Part shown: in pieces, positions 29,996 to 40,428 of the stretch | How positions within the stretch are numbered: the stretch's first letter is position 1 | Layout: each line of letters starts with the position of its first letter | NCBI GenBank assembly: GCA_048939995.1 | Contig: JBHLOY010000002.1 | Coordinates: 369,402 to 433,401, forward strand | DNA from: Promethearchaeota archaeon | GTDB taxonomy: Archaea > Asgardarchaeota > Lokiarchaeia > Sigyniarchaeales > SOKP01 | DNA: 64,000 nt | Direction of reading: 5' to 3' | The notes under the pieces: model-generated | Databases searched by the model: none | Seen by the model: only the letters and a program-made list of their open reading frames with translations | What the model was told of the DNA's origin: nothing | Translations under genes and position numbers: made by a program

Positions 29996-31958
29996 GCAGA
30001 AAGTAGGTGTGTTTATTTGTCACTGTGGTAATAATATCGCAGGTGTAATAGATGTAGAGAAACTGACCGATTATGCCAAAACTTTACCTAATGTAAATGT
30101 AGCGGAAAATTATAAATTTATGTGTTCAGAAATCGGTCAAGGATTAATTCAAGAAAAAATTGAAAATGGTGAAATTGATCGCGTAATAGTAGCGGCTTGT
30201 TCACCCCGAATGCATGAATCAACTTTTAAAAAAGTTTGTGAAGATGCTGGCTTAAATCAATATTTATGCGAGATAGCAAATATTCGTGAGCAATGTAGTT
30301 GGGTAAATATGAATGATCCTAAAGGAGCTTATGAAATTGCTAAAGCACATGTTAGGATGGGTGTAGCTAAAGTTAATCAACTAAAAGCTTTGGAGAAATT
30401 TTATGTTGATGTTGAACCTGCATGCTTAGTTGTAGGCGGAGGGATAGCAGGTATGAATGCTTCGTTAGATCTTGCCAATTTTGGTTATAAAGTTTATTTA
30501 GTTGAAAAAACTCCTACAATAGGTGGCCATATGGCACAACTAGATAAAACATTTCCAACGTTAGATTGTTCATCATGTGTTATTACACCTAAGATGTCTG
30601 AAGTAGCCAAAGCTAAAAATATTGAATTATTAACCTATTCTGAAGTTTCTGAAATTTCGGGGTACATAGGTAATTTTAATGTTAAAATAAAAAAATATCC
30701 TCACTATATTGACCAAGAAAAATGTACTGGGTGTGGAAGTTGTGCGGAGTCATGCATTGCCATAAGTCCAAATGAATTCGATATTGGTATGAAAAAAAGA
30801 AAGGCTGCATATATCCCTTTTCCTCAGGCAGTTCCAGGAAAATATACAATTGATATGGAGCATTGCATAAAATGTGGAATATGCGCTGAAATATGTCCTG
30901 TTGGAGCAGTTAATTATGATGATAAAGTAGAATATGAAGAAGTAAAAGTAGGAGCAATAGTATTAGCAACTGGCTTTGACACATATGATCCAACAATATT
31001 AACTCAATATGGATATGGGAGTTATCCAAATGTTATTACTGGACTCCAAATGGAAAGATTATTAAGTTCTTTTGGTCCGACTGGTGGCAAAATCGAAAGA
31101 CCATCAGATTTAAAAGAACCATCAACAATTGTTTTCCTACAATGTGTAGGTAGCAGAGATTTTACTGAAAAAGGAAATAAATACTGCTCTAGAGTGTGTT
31201 GCATGTATTCAGTAAAACAAGCTCGTCTTTATAAAGAGAAGCATCCAGATTCCAAAGTTTATATTTTTTATATTGACATCCGTGCATTTGGAAAAGGTTA
31301 TGAAGAATTCTATGATTCCACTGCAAGAGATTTTCATATAAAGTATATAAGAGGAAGAATTTCTGAAGTACTTGAAGATAAAGATCATAATATTATTATT
31401 CGTGGAGAAGATACTCTCCTTCAAAGGTTAATTGAAATTAAAGCAGATTTACTAGTTTTAGCCGTGGGACTAGAACCGCGCGTAGATTCAAATGAAGTTG
31501 CACACTTATTTAATGTTCAGAAATCAGAGGATGGATTTTTAATGGAAGCACATCCAAAATTACGTCCAGTAGAAACCCTTACAGATGGGATATTCATTGC
31601 TGGAACAGCTCAAGGTCCTAAAGATATTCCTGACACTGTTGCACAAGCTAAAGCTGCTGCTGTAGAAGCAGCTTTATTAATTAATAAAGGAAAAGTTGAG
31701 ATTGATCCGATTTTTTCAATTGTATTAAGCCATAAATGCACTGGTTGCAAAAGTTGTTTGAGTTTATGTCCTTATAATGCAATTTCATTTGATGAATTTA
31801 AAAGAATTGCTGAAATTAATAAGGTTTTGTGCAAGGGATGTGGTACTTGTGTTGCTGCTTGCCCAAGTTCTGCGATTATACAAAATCAATTTGGAGATGT
31901 ACAATTATTACCAATGATCCATACCGCTATTCAAAAACCAGATGAGGTGGAGGGTTGA
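29976..31958 (+). CDS. hdrA: Heterodisulfide reductase subunit A (Cys form)
   Basis: 660 aa with VGVFICHCGNNI, an FAD-binding GGGIAGM motif, and ferredoxin motifs CTGCGSCAESC, CIKCGICAEICP, CTGCKSCLSLCP and CKGCGTCVAACP. There is no in-frame stop. Confidence 0.95.
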   Translation: MMKLKDEQKVGVFICHCGNNIAGVIDVEKLTDYAKTLPNVNVAENYKFMCSEIGQGLIQEKIENGEIDRVIVAACSPRMHESTFKKVCEDAGLNQYLCEIANIREQCSWVNMNDPKGAYEIAKAHVRMGVAKVNQLKALEKFYVDVEPACLVVGGGIAGMNASLDLANFGYKVYLVEKTPTIGGHMAQLDKTFPTLDCSSCVITPKMSEVAKAKNIELLTYSEVSEISGYIGNFNVKIKKYPHYIDQEKCTGCGSCAESCIAISPNEFDIGMKKRKAAYIPFPQAVPGKYTIDMEHCIKCGICAEICPVGAVNYDDKVEYEEVKVGAIVLATGFDTYDPTILTQYGYGSYPNVITGLQMERLLSSFGPTGGKIERPSDLKEPSTIVFLQCVGSRDFTEKGNKYCSRVCCMYSVKQARLYKEKHPDSKVYIFYIDIRAFGKGYEEFYDSTARDFHIKYIRGRISEVLEDKDHNIIIRGEDTLLQRLIEIKADLLVLAVGLEPRVDSNEVAHLFNVQKSEDGFLMEAHPKLRPVETLTDGIFIAGTAQGPKDIPDTVAQAKAAAVEAALLINKGKVEIDPIFSIVLSHKCTGCKSCLSLCPYNAISFDEFKRIAEINKVLCKGCGTCVAACPSSAIIQNQFGDVQLLPMIHTAIQKPDEVEG

Positions 31959-32389
31959 TTATCATGACAGAAGTTTCCTCTTTTGATCCATCAATTTTAG
32001 GTATTTTTTGTCATTGGTGTTCATATGCAGGAGCAGATCAAGCAGGAACATCACGAATGCAGAGATATGCTAGTCTAAGAATTTTACGTGTGATGTGCGG
32101 AGGAAGGATTGACCCTAATTTTGTGGTTACTGCCTTAAAAGATGGAGTAGATGGCGTTTTAATTTCACATTGTCATCTCGGAGATTGTCATTACGTTACA
32201 GGAAATCATAAAACTGCAAGAAAAATACCATTACTTACGAAATATTTAAAACAATTGGGAATTAACCCAAAGAGAATTAAGTATGTCTTTGTTTCTGCAT
32301 CTGAGGGAAGTAAACTTACGAATATTGTTAATGAATTTGTAGAAGAATTAAAAGAATTAGGTCCTAATCCATTAAAAAAATCGGATTAA
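31955..32389 (+). CDS. mvhD: MvhD-type hydrogenase delta subunit (FlpD/MvhD family)
   Basis: Contains FCHWCSYAGADQAG, RVMCGGRIDP and CHLGDCHY. The ATG at 31964 is the more likely start. Confidence 0.9.
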   Translation: MIIMTEVSSFDPSILGIFCHWCSYAGADQAGTSRMQRYASLRILRVMCGGRIDPNFVVTALKDGVDGVLISHCHLGDCHYVTGNHKTARKIPLLTKYLKQLGINPKRIKYVFVSASEGSKLTNIVNEFVEELKELGPNPLKKSD

Positions 32390-32425
32390 CTTTATAAAGA
32401 AATAATATGTTAGGTTGAGCGAAAA

Positions 32426-33100
32426 TTGTATCCAAGAGTTAAAGAAATTCAGACAAATAAATTCAATGAATCAATTTTAAATTTTTATACTGAAAATTAT
32501 ACGATTAAGATTGATAAGGAGAGATGCATTGGATGTGGAATTTGTATTAAAGTCTGTCCTAATAATGCTATTCCTGCTCAAGATCTAGAAGGAAAAGTAC
32601 GAATTAAGACTGAGAATCTTGTGCCAGGCACACCGAATGCGCTTAAATGTTCATATTGTGGGACTTGCATGTATATGTGTCCTTTAACAGCAATATCTTT
32701 AAAACATAATAGAAAATTGATAAATAAAGAAGATCTGGGGATCGTAAAAAATAAGGTGGTTCCAGAATTAGATTTTAAATCGATTAACTCTGATAAATTT
32801 CAGAAAGAGATTAAAGTATACTTTGATGGTAAAATATCTATTGATTGGGATAAATGCATTTCATGCATGTCATGTGTGGATGTCTGTCCAGTTGAAGCTT
32901 TTTTTAAATCTAACACTCAGGATGGCAAAGATGAAAAAAGAAAAAGAGTTTCATTTAATCAAGATGCATGCATAAATTGTGGTACCTGTGTTAGAGCTTG
33001 TTCAGTCAAAGCTATAAGTTTAAAAGATCGTGCATTAAACTTTTCTGGGGATTTTAAAAAGATATTTTGGGAAGCTTTATTAACACGTATCAAAACTTGA
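32426..33100 (+). CDS. Polyferredoxin with four 4Fe-4S motifs
   Basis: Motifs are CIGCGICIKVCP, CSYCGTCMYMCP, CISCMSCVDVCP and CINCGTCVRAC. Confidence 0.8.
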   Translation: MYPRVKEIQTNKFNESILNFYTENYTIKIDKERCIGCGICIKVCPNNAIPAQDLEGKVRIKTENLVPGTPNALKCSYCGTCMYMCPLTAISLKHNRKLINKEDLGIVKNKVVPELDFKSINSDKFQKEIKVYFDGKISIDWDKCISCMSCVDVCPVEAFFKSNTQDGKDEKRKRVSFNQDACINCGTCVRACSVKAISLKDRALNFSGDFKKIFWEALLTRIKT

Positions 33101-33209
33101 AATTATCAAAAACTTATATTTTATAATAAAATAGTTACAGTTCTTATTCAAATTTTGGAAGATTGATCAAAGAAAATTGGTAATTATCGAAATTTGATCA
33201 TCTATTTTG

Positions 33210-33218
33210 TTTTTTTTT
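33210..33218 (+). terminator. T9 run downstream of the hdr-mvhD-ferredoxin cluster
   Basis: First long oligo-T tract after the stop at 33100. Confidence 0.35.
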
Positions 33219-33279
33219 ACTGAAAGAAAATATTTTACCTAGTAAAAAATTTCCATATTGAAACAATAACTGCAAAATT

Positions 33280-33320
33280 GTTTAAAATTGAAACTACAAT
33301 GGATTCAGTTGTTTAAATTA
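33280..33320 (+). promoter_or_regulatory. Two-box motif (GTTTAAAATT at 33280, GTTTAAATTA at 33311), followed by a TTTAAATAT TATA-like element at 33337
   Basis: The 16-nt string AAAATTGTTTAAAATT is identical to 28234..28249. Box spacing is 31 bp. Confidence 0.45.
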
Positions 33321-33412
33321 ACCAATAACCGATATATTTAAATATTCTCAATAAGAATTCTAATTTAGATAAAATAAATTAATGCAAATTAAAAATAAAA
33401 AGATGTTAATAT

Positions 33413-33607
33413 ATGGTTGAAGCAATATCTGTTGAATTGGAACTAGAAGAAAAGTTAGCTATTCCCATAATTGAAATTGATGGAAAGGAAAACACTGATA
33501 AATATTTCGAATTATTGTTAGCTGGGACACCCCACTTAAAGTTCTCTATAGCAAATAAAGAGGGAAAAGAGCTCTATTCTAATCTTATGAATGTCGAAAT
33601 GCGTTAG
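33413..33607 (+). CDS. Small hypothetical protein
   Basis: 64-aa ORF downstream of the two-box motif. No recognisable motifs. Confidence 0.3.
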   Translation: MVEAISVELELEEKLAIPIIEIDGKENTDKYFELLLAGTPHLKFSIANKEGKELYSNLMNVEMR

Positions 33608-33705
33608 AGATTGAATGATGTGCCTCTTAAGCGGTTTATAGCTAAAATAATTTTATTTTTATGAATGTTTATCTATTTTTCTTTCTATTGAATTAGAAGG
33701 TTAAT

Positions 33706-35778
33706 TTGAAAATGAATTTACAACCCAACGCAATTTATAATGATTATAGAGGGCAGAGTATTGATAAAGTTAAAATCATTGAGTTGTTAATCGACATAAT
33801 TGAAAATATCGATAACGATGACTTAAGAGGAGAATCTATTGAAATTTTAAACAAAATTGATATAAAACAAAATAGAGTATTTAAAATATTAGAAAATATC
33901 TTAATTTCTGATTTAAATGAGAACTTAAGACATGCAGCAGCAAAAGTTATAATAAATAAATTTCGGAGTAAAGCATTAAAGCCTTTTTTATGGGCACTTC
34001 AACATGAATCTTGCTATAATTGCCTAATAACAGTTCTTAAATCACTCGAGCGCGTTAATGATATAAAAGTAAAAGCATTGCTTATCGATGAGATTGAGAA
34101 GATTGAATTAGAACAATTTAGAGCAAGTTTGTCAGAGTTATTTTTAAATAAATTGATCTACAACTATAAAACTAGTGATTTAGCAGATGTATTAATTAAT
34201 CATGCAACTATATTCTCCCTATTAAAAAAATTTAAAAAACTCAAATTTACAATAGAAAATGGTTTAATTATTAAGCTTGATTTCTCTAATATTGATGATC
34301 TTGTCATTAATTGGCGTTATAGAGAATTAATTCAAGATGTCACTGATATTATTGGGATACAAAATTTAAAAAACTTGAAAGAGATTGAATTTTTCCCCCT
34401 AAATTGGGCGTTAAATAATGAGTTAACATATAATTGTAATATCGCTTTAATAGAAGCTTTAGAAAGACTTAACAACGATGTAGCTAAAATTAGCTTGATT
34501 TCACATATAGAAAAAATTGACGATAAAAAATTCGTAAATTCAATTAATGAATTATTAGAATTATACGGTTCAATAAATAATATCTCAATTTCTAAACTTT
34601 CTGATATTTTAAGAAATTTTATTACTATTTCCTATATGAAGAAAAAAAATCCTCAATTAACATATGAAATAGATAAAGCTGAAGTTATAGATTTACATAT
34701 TGAGGGAAAGGCCATTGTTACATTACCAAGTTTTATTAAGAATTTAAGTTCGATTAAAAAACTAATTTTAAAAAATTGTAATATTTATAATCTCCCTGAA
34801 ACAATTTACACTTTTAAAAATCTAGAAATTCTTAATTTAGAAGGAAATAATATCGAAATTTTACCTAAAAATATAGAACTTCTTAATTCTTTGAAGATAT
34901 TGAATCTAAACAAAAATAAATTGAGAAAGTTACCTTTTTCAATAGGAAGACTTTACAAGCTAGAGTCTTTAGAACTATCTGATAATGAAATTTCTAAATT
35001 ACCTAATTCAATAGGTTATATTTCCTCTTTAAAATACTTAGATTTAAAAGGTAATAAATTAGAAATACTTCCTGATTCCATTGGTTATATTGAGTCCTTA
35101 AAATGCTTAATTTTGAGCTCCAATAAGATAAAGATATTACCTGAGTCGATCGGTTTGCTGAGATCGCTCGAAACCCTTAACCTTGAGAAAAATTTGTTAA
35201 CAGGGCTCCCTACTACTATAAATTTATTTACCTCATTAAAATTTTTAAATTTAGAAGAGAATAAATTAAATAGTTTACCAGAGTCGTTTGGAACTCTTAA
35301 GTCACTAGAAATCTTAAGATTGGGATGGAACAAACTACAATCTTTACCTCAATCAATTTGTGAATTGGAATCAATTAGATATCTTTATATAATGAACAAT
35401 AAATTGAATAAACTTCCTAATTCAATGAACCTTCTTTCCTCACTCGAGAATTTAGATGTATCTTGGAATATTTTATCACACTTACCTGAATCTATAGGCA
35501 AATTAAAATCTTTAAAAATCTTAAAACTAAATAACAATCGATTAATAAAACTTCCAGAGACAATAGGATTTCTTCAATCATTAAAAATTTTAAACTTAGA
35601 TGAAAATAAGTTGAAAGAGATCCCAAAATCAATATCTTCCCTAACTTCTCTTGAAGAGTTATGGTTAAGTAGTAATGAATTAGAAAGTATTCCTGAACCC
35701 ATTACAAATCTTTCATTGAAAAAGTTACAATTAAACAATAATAAGTTAAAAATTGCCAAAAATCCTAATTCAAATTAA
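33706..35778 (+). CDS. HEAT-like repeat plus leucine-rich repeat (LRR) protein
   Basis: The C-terminal half has about 15 tandem 23-aa LRRs (LxxLxxLxLxxNxLxxLPxSIGxL). The N-terminal half has two homologous HEAT-like modules (WALQHESCYNCLITVLKSLERV and WALNNELTYNCNIALIEALERL). Confidence 0.9.
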   Translation: MKMNLQPNAIYNDYRGQSIDKVKIIELLIDIIENIDNDDLRGESIEILNKIDIKQNRVFKILENILISDLNENLRHAAAKVIINKFRSKALKPFLWALQHESCYNCLITVLKSLERVNDIKVKALLIDEIEKIELEQFRASLSELFLNKLIYNYKTSDLADVLINHATIFSLLKKFKKLKFTIENGLIIKLDFSNIDDLVINWRYRELIQDVTDIIGIQNLKNLKEIEFFPLNWALNNELTYNCNIALIEALERLNNDVAKISLISHIEKIDDKKFVNSINELLELYGSINNISISKLSDILRNFITISYMKKKNPQLTYEIDKAEVIDLHIEGKAIVTLPSFIKNLSSIKKLILKNCNIYNLPETIYTFKNLEILNLEGNNIEILPKNIELLNSLKILNLNKNKLRKLPFSIGRLYKLESLELSDNEISKLPNSIGYISSLKYLDLKGNKLEILPDSIGYIESLKCLILSSNKIKILPESIGLLRSLETLNLEKNLLTGLPTTINLFTSLKFLNLEENKLNSLPESFGTLKSLEILRLGWNKLQSLPQSICELESIRYLYIMNNKLNKLPNSMNLLSSLENLDVSWNILSHLPESIGKLKSLKILKLNNNRLIKLPETIGFLQSLKILNLDENKLKEIPKSISSLTSLEELWLSSNELESIPEPITNLSLKKLQLNNNKLKIAKNPNSN

Positions 35779-35965
35779 AAGATTTTACTTTTATTGATAA
35801 AAAAAAATCGATTTATGTTAATCTACTTCTTTTTTAGTTATAGGCTTTAAATATCTAAGAAAATTTTAATAAAAAGTTTAAAATATAAACTTTTTTATAT
35901 CTCTTTTCTCTATATTATTATGGAATCGGACTAAAAAATGTTAAAATAATAAAGGGGAATTGTAA

Positions 35966-36355
35966 GTGTATATTTTGAATAAATTTTATAATGGATTAGA
36001 TGAAAAAATTATTTATGGAACTAAATGCACAAAATGTGCAAAGGTATACTTCCCCCCTAAGGTTTGGTGCCAAAGCTGTTTAGAAAAATCAGTTCAAATG
36101 ATAGAACTGCCTCAGACTGGCATTTTAAAAAATCATCTTAATCGCATTGATTCTAATCATTCTAAGAAAAAAAGAAATGAATTAACAAAGATTTATGGAT
36201 TAGTCCAAATTGATAAGACTGACACTCCATTGATTATGCCACTACTTAATGTTGAACCAGATAATATAAAAGACGGTATGAAAGTCAAAGTAGTATGGGA
36301 AGAAGGTAAAATAAGCGATTCGCAAAAAATTGTAGGTTTTGAACCTGTTATTTAA
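35966..36355 (+). CDS. DUF35-type Zn-ribbon/OB-fold protein
   Basis: Rubredoxin-like CTKCAKVYFPPKVWCQSC followed by an OB-like C-terminus. Confidence 0.65.
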   Translation: MYILNKFYNGLDEKIIYGTKCTKCAKVYFPPKVWCQSCLEKSVQMIELPQTGILKNHLNRIDSNHSKKKRNELTKIYGLVQIDKTDTPLIMPLLNVEPDNIKDGMKVKVVWEEGKISDSQKIVGFEPVI

Positions 36356-36388
36356 ACTTCCCAAAAAAATTTATTTATTCTAATTTTT

Positions 36389-37753
36389 TTAATAGAATTC
36401 ACAATCATTAAGAAGTTGTGAAATATCCATAACTTTTATCGGTGAGTTGTCCTCGTTTGCGACTTCAAATAAATTATTTTTACAAAAAACGCATGAACTA
36501 ACAAGAACTTCAGCATTTGTTTCCATTGCTTCTTTTAAACGATCTTCCCTTATTCTTATCATACAAGCGCGAGTTTCTGCTAACCTGTCTCTTCCTATTT
36601 CACCTGCTATCTCACCATATAAAGCTTTTACTCCACCTCCAGCTCCACAACACCAGGACATATCTCTGTTATGTTTCATCTCAAATAATTTTACACCTTC
36701 AATCATATTTAGAAGTTCTCTTGGTTCTTCATAAACTCCACAATATCTACCCAGATGACATGGATCGTGATATGTTATAAGTAGAGGATCTTCTTTTGTG
36801 CGCTGTGTATATCGGATTTTTAAATTCCTTTCTTTGACAGTCTTTAATACGAATTGTGTTAAATGATAAAGATCAAATTCAAGCTTATGTCCCGCATACT
36901 TAGTATATTCCAGAGTAAATGTGGAGAAACATCCTGAACAAGAAAATACTAATTCAGATACACCACTTTCCAAAATTGTTTTGTAATTATGTTTTACAAG
37001 CTCAATAGCTTCATCTTCCAACCCAGTTCGGAATAATACTGATCCACAACACCGTTCCTCGGGAAATAATACAAATTCAATTCCAAGTTTTGCTAAAACC
37101 TTGCTTGTTGCAGTTACTAACTCTTTATTTCTATAGGAAGAAGTACATCCAACAAAATACCCTACTTTACCAGGTATACGTTTAGGAACTTTTAATTCAA
37201 CTTCCGCTTTTATTGAATCTAAATCCTGTTTTGCTCGTTGATATGCCTCTCTTCCTTCTTCAACAGCCTCACACCAATTAAATCTGTCCAAATGTTTTTC
37301 TAAAAATGGATTGTTATTCTCAATAATAGAATTTTTTAACACTTTTAATTTTGCAGGGACAGCTCCTTTTTTTACTACTTCTTTACGGAAGTTTTGGAAC
37401 ACTTCTAAAGTATCTATTCCGACGGGGCAAACAACTTTACAGTTACCACAAAGCATACAACGAAATACAGATGGGATTATCTCTTCATTATCGAATTTAA
37501 TATCATGACTATCAAGTGCTTTAATAATCCTATTTCGCCCACCAGCATAATCAGTTTCTGACCATGAAGTGTTATAAACCTTACAAACATGTCTACAGTA
37601 TCCACAATGCGTACAGCGCTCATAGGAGTACTTTTCCTTTCTTTTACTTTTAGGTTCTATTAAATTTTCTTTTGAGGGGGATACTAAACCTGCAACTGGG
37701 GGTCCTGTGGTAACTACATTTCTTATATCTTTCTTTTCTTTGCCTTCACTCAT
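36389..37753 (-). CDS. Fe-S oxidoreductase, GlcF/HdrD-like (2x 4Fe-4S plus two CCG domains)
   Basis: Contains CTHCGYCRHVC, CMLCGNCKVVCP, VGCTSSY..CCGS and HDPCHLGR..WCCGAGGG. Confidence 0.85.
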   Translation of the reverse strand: MSEGKEKKDIRNVVTTGPPVAGLVSPSKENLIEPKSKRKEKYSYERCTHCGYCRHVCKVYNTSWSETDYAGGRNRIIKALDSHDIKFDNEEIIPSVFRCMLCGNCKVVCPVGIDTLEVFQNFRKEVVKKGAVPAKLKVLKNSIIENNNPFLEKHLDRFNWCEAVEEGREAYQRAKQDLDSIKAEVELKVPKRIPGKVGYFVGCTSSYRNKELVTATSKVLAKLGIEFVLFPEERCCGSVLFRTGLEDEAIELVKHNYKTILESGVSELVFSCSGCFSTFTLEYTKYAGHKLEFDLYHLTQFVLKTVKERNLKIRYTQRTKEDPLLITYHDPCHLGRYCGVYEEPRELLNMIEGVKLFEMKHNRDMSWCCGAGGGVKALYGEIAGEIGRDRLAETRACMIRIREDRLKEAMETNAEVLVSSCVFCKNNLFEVANEDNSPIKVMDISQLLNDCEFY

Positions 37754-37888
37754 TTAACTCTTTCTCCTTGTTTTAAACTATACCAAATTAAACATATAAA
37801 CATTTTAAATTAAATTTAATTGTTATATTTTATTTGATTTGATTTTTTATGAACAACATTTTTACTAACTGCTTTTCAAACATTTCTT

Positions 37889-39388
37889 CTAAAAAATTCT
37901 ATATAAGAATTTAGCAGTATTAAATAATAATGATATTCTCCAGAATTTTAATCTAGTTTTAACTATCCGATATGAATTAAACAAATCTTTTGGATCTAAT
38001 AACTTTTTTAATATTTTACTCTTGGATACTAATTCAGGTCTATATTTAAACAAATAAAAAGTATTCACTATACCTATGGTATAAAGCCTATCCCCCTGAG
38101 TAAATGCTAGAACAGAAAGATCATGTAAGAATGCCTTTACTGTAAAGAATTCACTAGTTCTAGCAATATCAGATAAACCAAATACTTTTACTCTACTCCA
38201 ACCTAAAATTCCCGAAATTGTATATAAGGCAGTTGGAAATTTATATTTCTTACTTTTCTTTAAATATTTTTGAATAAAATCTTCTAATCTTTTGTCAGCA
38301 ATCCAATATTCTTGAAATATTAGATTTCTACTTGATCTTCCTATAGCCACTTCAGCATCACTAATATCACGCCACTTTTCCTTTAAATATAATTTATCTA
38401 CTGCTATTCCATTTAATTCTAAAGCATGTTTCTCAGAAAATGATACACTTTGTGATGTTACCTCAGGATCATCATAATAAACTGCCCAAACTAACCATTC
38501 TTGGTCAGGAAAATTGATATGGGAATAGGTTTCAAATTTGCGTTCTGAAATTGATATGAAAAATGGCTTATTAGTATTATTTTTGAGTTTTTGATAAAAT
38601 TCGATAGCTTCACGAATAGATTTAAAGCCATAACCAATTATTTCCAAGGAAGTTTTTAAGGTTGTAAGAGATAATTCAACCTCGGCTATAGCACCGTAGA
38701 TCCCATAAGTTCCACAAATATCATCGAGTGTTATTTGTCCTTTAGAATCCTTCGAAACAGTGATGATTTTTCCATCAGGTTGGACTAGTTTTAAATTAAG
38801 AATTGAATCTTTCATTGATCCGTATTTTAACACACCAATACCGGCAGTACCGGGGGTAGCTATAAACCCTCCAACACAAGATGTTTTAAAGCTTGTAGGA
38901 TAACATTTAGGTGCAAGACCGTAATCTGAAAGTTTTTCTATCAAATTTAACCAAGAGATACCAGCCCCTACTTTTACTGTCATATTTTCTCTATCTATAC
39001 TTTGGATCTGATTTAATCTCCTTGTGTCTATTATAACACCACCTTTCGAGGGAGTAGCTGAAGAAAAGCATGATGTCCCAGCCGCTCTTATTGTAACAGG
39101 AATTTTTCGCTCTCTACATTTCATTATTAGTTTAGAAAGATTATTAATATCAGCAGGACGGACAATTAGACTCGCAAGGTAATTCTTTTTGAATTTATAA
39201 TGGTATGATGGAAGTGAAGTAAGATCAGCAGATGCTGATTCGAGTTCATAAGGATTGGAACTAACATGATAAGACGATATAAAGTCTTTTACAACCTCTT
39301 CAAAATCACGTTTATCTTTTTCTCGTGAATCTATTATATTGGATTCATTATTCATTTCTTTAGTATTAGAATTCATTTTAAATATCAC
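37889..39388 (-). CDS. FAD-binding (PCMH/FAD_binding_4) oxidase, GlcD/D-lactate dehydrogenase-like
   Basis: FAD-binding segment IPVTIRAAGTS..GGVIIDTRRLN..VKVGAGISW. The start lies 9 nt after the stop of 39398..40264. Confidence 0.8.
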   Translation of the reverse strand: MIFKMNSNTKEMNNESNIIDSREKDKRDFEEVVKDFISSYHVSSNPYELESASADLTSLPSYHYKFKKNYLASLIVRPADINNLSKLIMKCRERKIPVTIRAAGTSCFSSATPSKGGVIIDTRRLNQIQSIDRENMTVKVGAGISWLNLIEKLSDYGLAPKCYPTSFKTSCVGGFIATPGTAGIGVLKYGSMKDSILNLKLVQPDGKIITVSKDSKGQITLDDICGTYGIYGAIAEVELSLTTLKTSLEIIGYGFKSIREAIEFYQKLKNNTNKPFFISISERKFETYSHINFPDQEWLVWAVYYDDPEVTSQSVSFSEKHALELNGIAVDKLYLKEKWRDISDAEVAIGRSSRNLIFQEYWIADKRLEDFIQKYLKKSKKYKFPTALYTISGILGWSRVKVFGLSDIARTSEFFTVKAFLHDLSVLAFTQGDRLYTIGIVNTFYLFKYRPELVSKSKILKKLLDPKDLFNSYRIVKTRLKFWRISLLFNTAKFLYRIF

Positions 39389-39397
39389 TTCTTTTTT

Positions 39398-40264
39398 TTA
39401 AAATAATGGAACCATTAAAAAGCCTGAAAAGAAAGCAGCCCACCAGCAAATTAAAGTAATGTAACCAGTTAATTTAGCATACTTTCGCTCTGCTGCAATT
39501 CCAAAAAGCATACTGAAAAGTCCAGCAATTAATCCAACTCCCCCTAATATTATATGAGACCAATGGATTCCAAAGGAGAATGACGTCCAGATTGCAGGAT
39601 TAAAAATTACTAGGGAAATAACATTAATCAGGGTTAAAACCCATGAAGCACCGGCTAGAATACCGTGGATTTTCACAAATTTATTTTCATTTATCAGTAC
39701 CAGTACTGTTCCTAAAGATAATAATAATAAGGCTGATAATCCGATATACATTTCAAAATGATTAAATATTTCAATTGTCGGAGCTGGTGGGAGTATTCCA
39801 CCAATGCTAAAAGTGATCTCTATATAGTCGAAAGGAGGTGGGCTACCAGAAACTGAATTATCTCCAGCTAAGATAAGGATCACATAAGCTCCATCCTCTG
39901 AAGGAGCTGTAATATTGAAAGTGACTGTCATTGCATTTGGATTTGGATTTAAATCATCGCCAGAGTTATCTAATATTCTAGCGCTAGTAGGTGAGATAAT
40001 AAATTGATCATTCTGTTTTCCGTCTGAAGGTGCTTGAATAAACAAATCAGAACCAGTAGCAGTAATATTAAAAGAAATGTTATCTGAAGCGTTGATAGGA
40101 TTAAATGTGTTTATATTAGTTTCAATTGAATAACCTCCCGGTACTGTATGGCAATTTTCATGAGGTTGATCGATACTAGGGTAAGCATTTACATTAAGAA
40201 AAATTGAGATTAGGATAACACCAAAAAAGGCAGATATTATTACTATTGCTTTTTTATTCAACAT
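39398..40264 (-). CDS. Exported H-x-x-C-H motif protein fused to a C-terminal 4-TM His-bearing membrane domain
   Basis: Signal peptide, then AYPSIDQPHENCH, a beta-rich ~140-aa domain (FNITAPSEDGAYVL), and 4 TM helices with His at KIHG and GIHWSH. Confidence 0.7.
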   Translation of the reverse strand: MLNKKAIVIISAFFGVILISIFLNVNAYPSIDQPHENCHTVPGGYSIETNINTFNPINASDNISFNITATGSDLFIQAPSDGKQNDQFIISPTSARILDNSGDDLNPNPNAMTVTFNITAPSEDGAYVILILAGDNSVSGSPPPFDYIEITFSIGGILPPAPTIEIFNHFEMYIGLSALLLLSLGTVLVLINENKFVKIHGILAGASWVLTLINVISLVIFNPAIWTSFSFGIHWSHIILGGVGLIAGLFSMLFGIAAERKYAKLTGYITLICWWAAFFSGFLMVPLF

Positions 40265-40428
40265 TTTTAAAAGACTATAAGAGTTTTGATCAATAAATCA
40301 TGTACTAATATTAATAAAGCTTATTTCTAAAAATTATTAGTGAATTTAAAATTTTAATGTAAAAATCGCACCTAATCTCCTTATAGTTTTTAAAAATCTT
40401 TTTTAATTTTTGAATTTTAATTCTCTTA

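Noticed and set aside
29976-32389. Possible selenocysteine forms of HdrA and MvhD (known Sec families in some archaea)
   Set aside because: Both ORFs are uninterrupted and carry Cys at the relevant motifs. There is no in-frame TGA.
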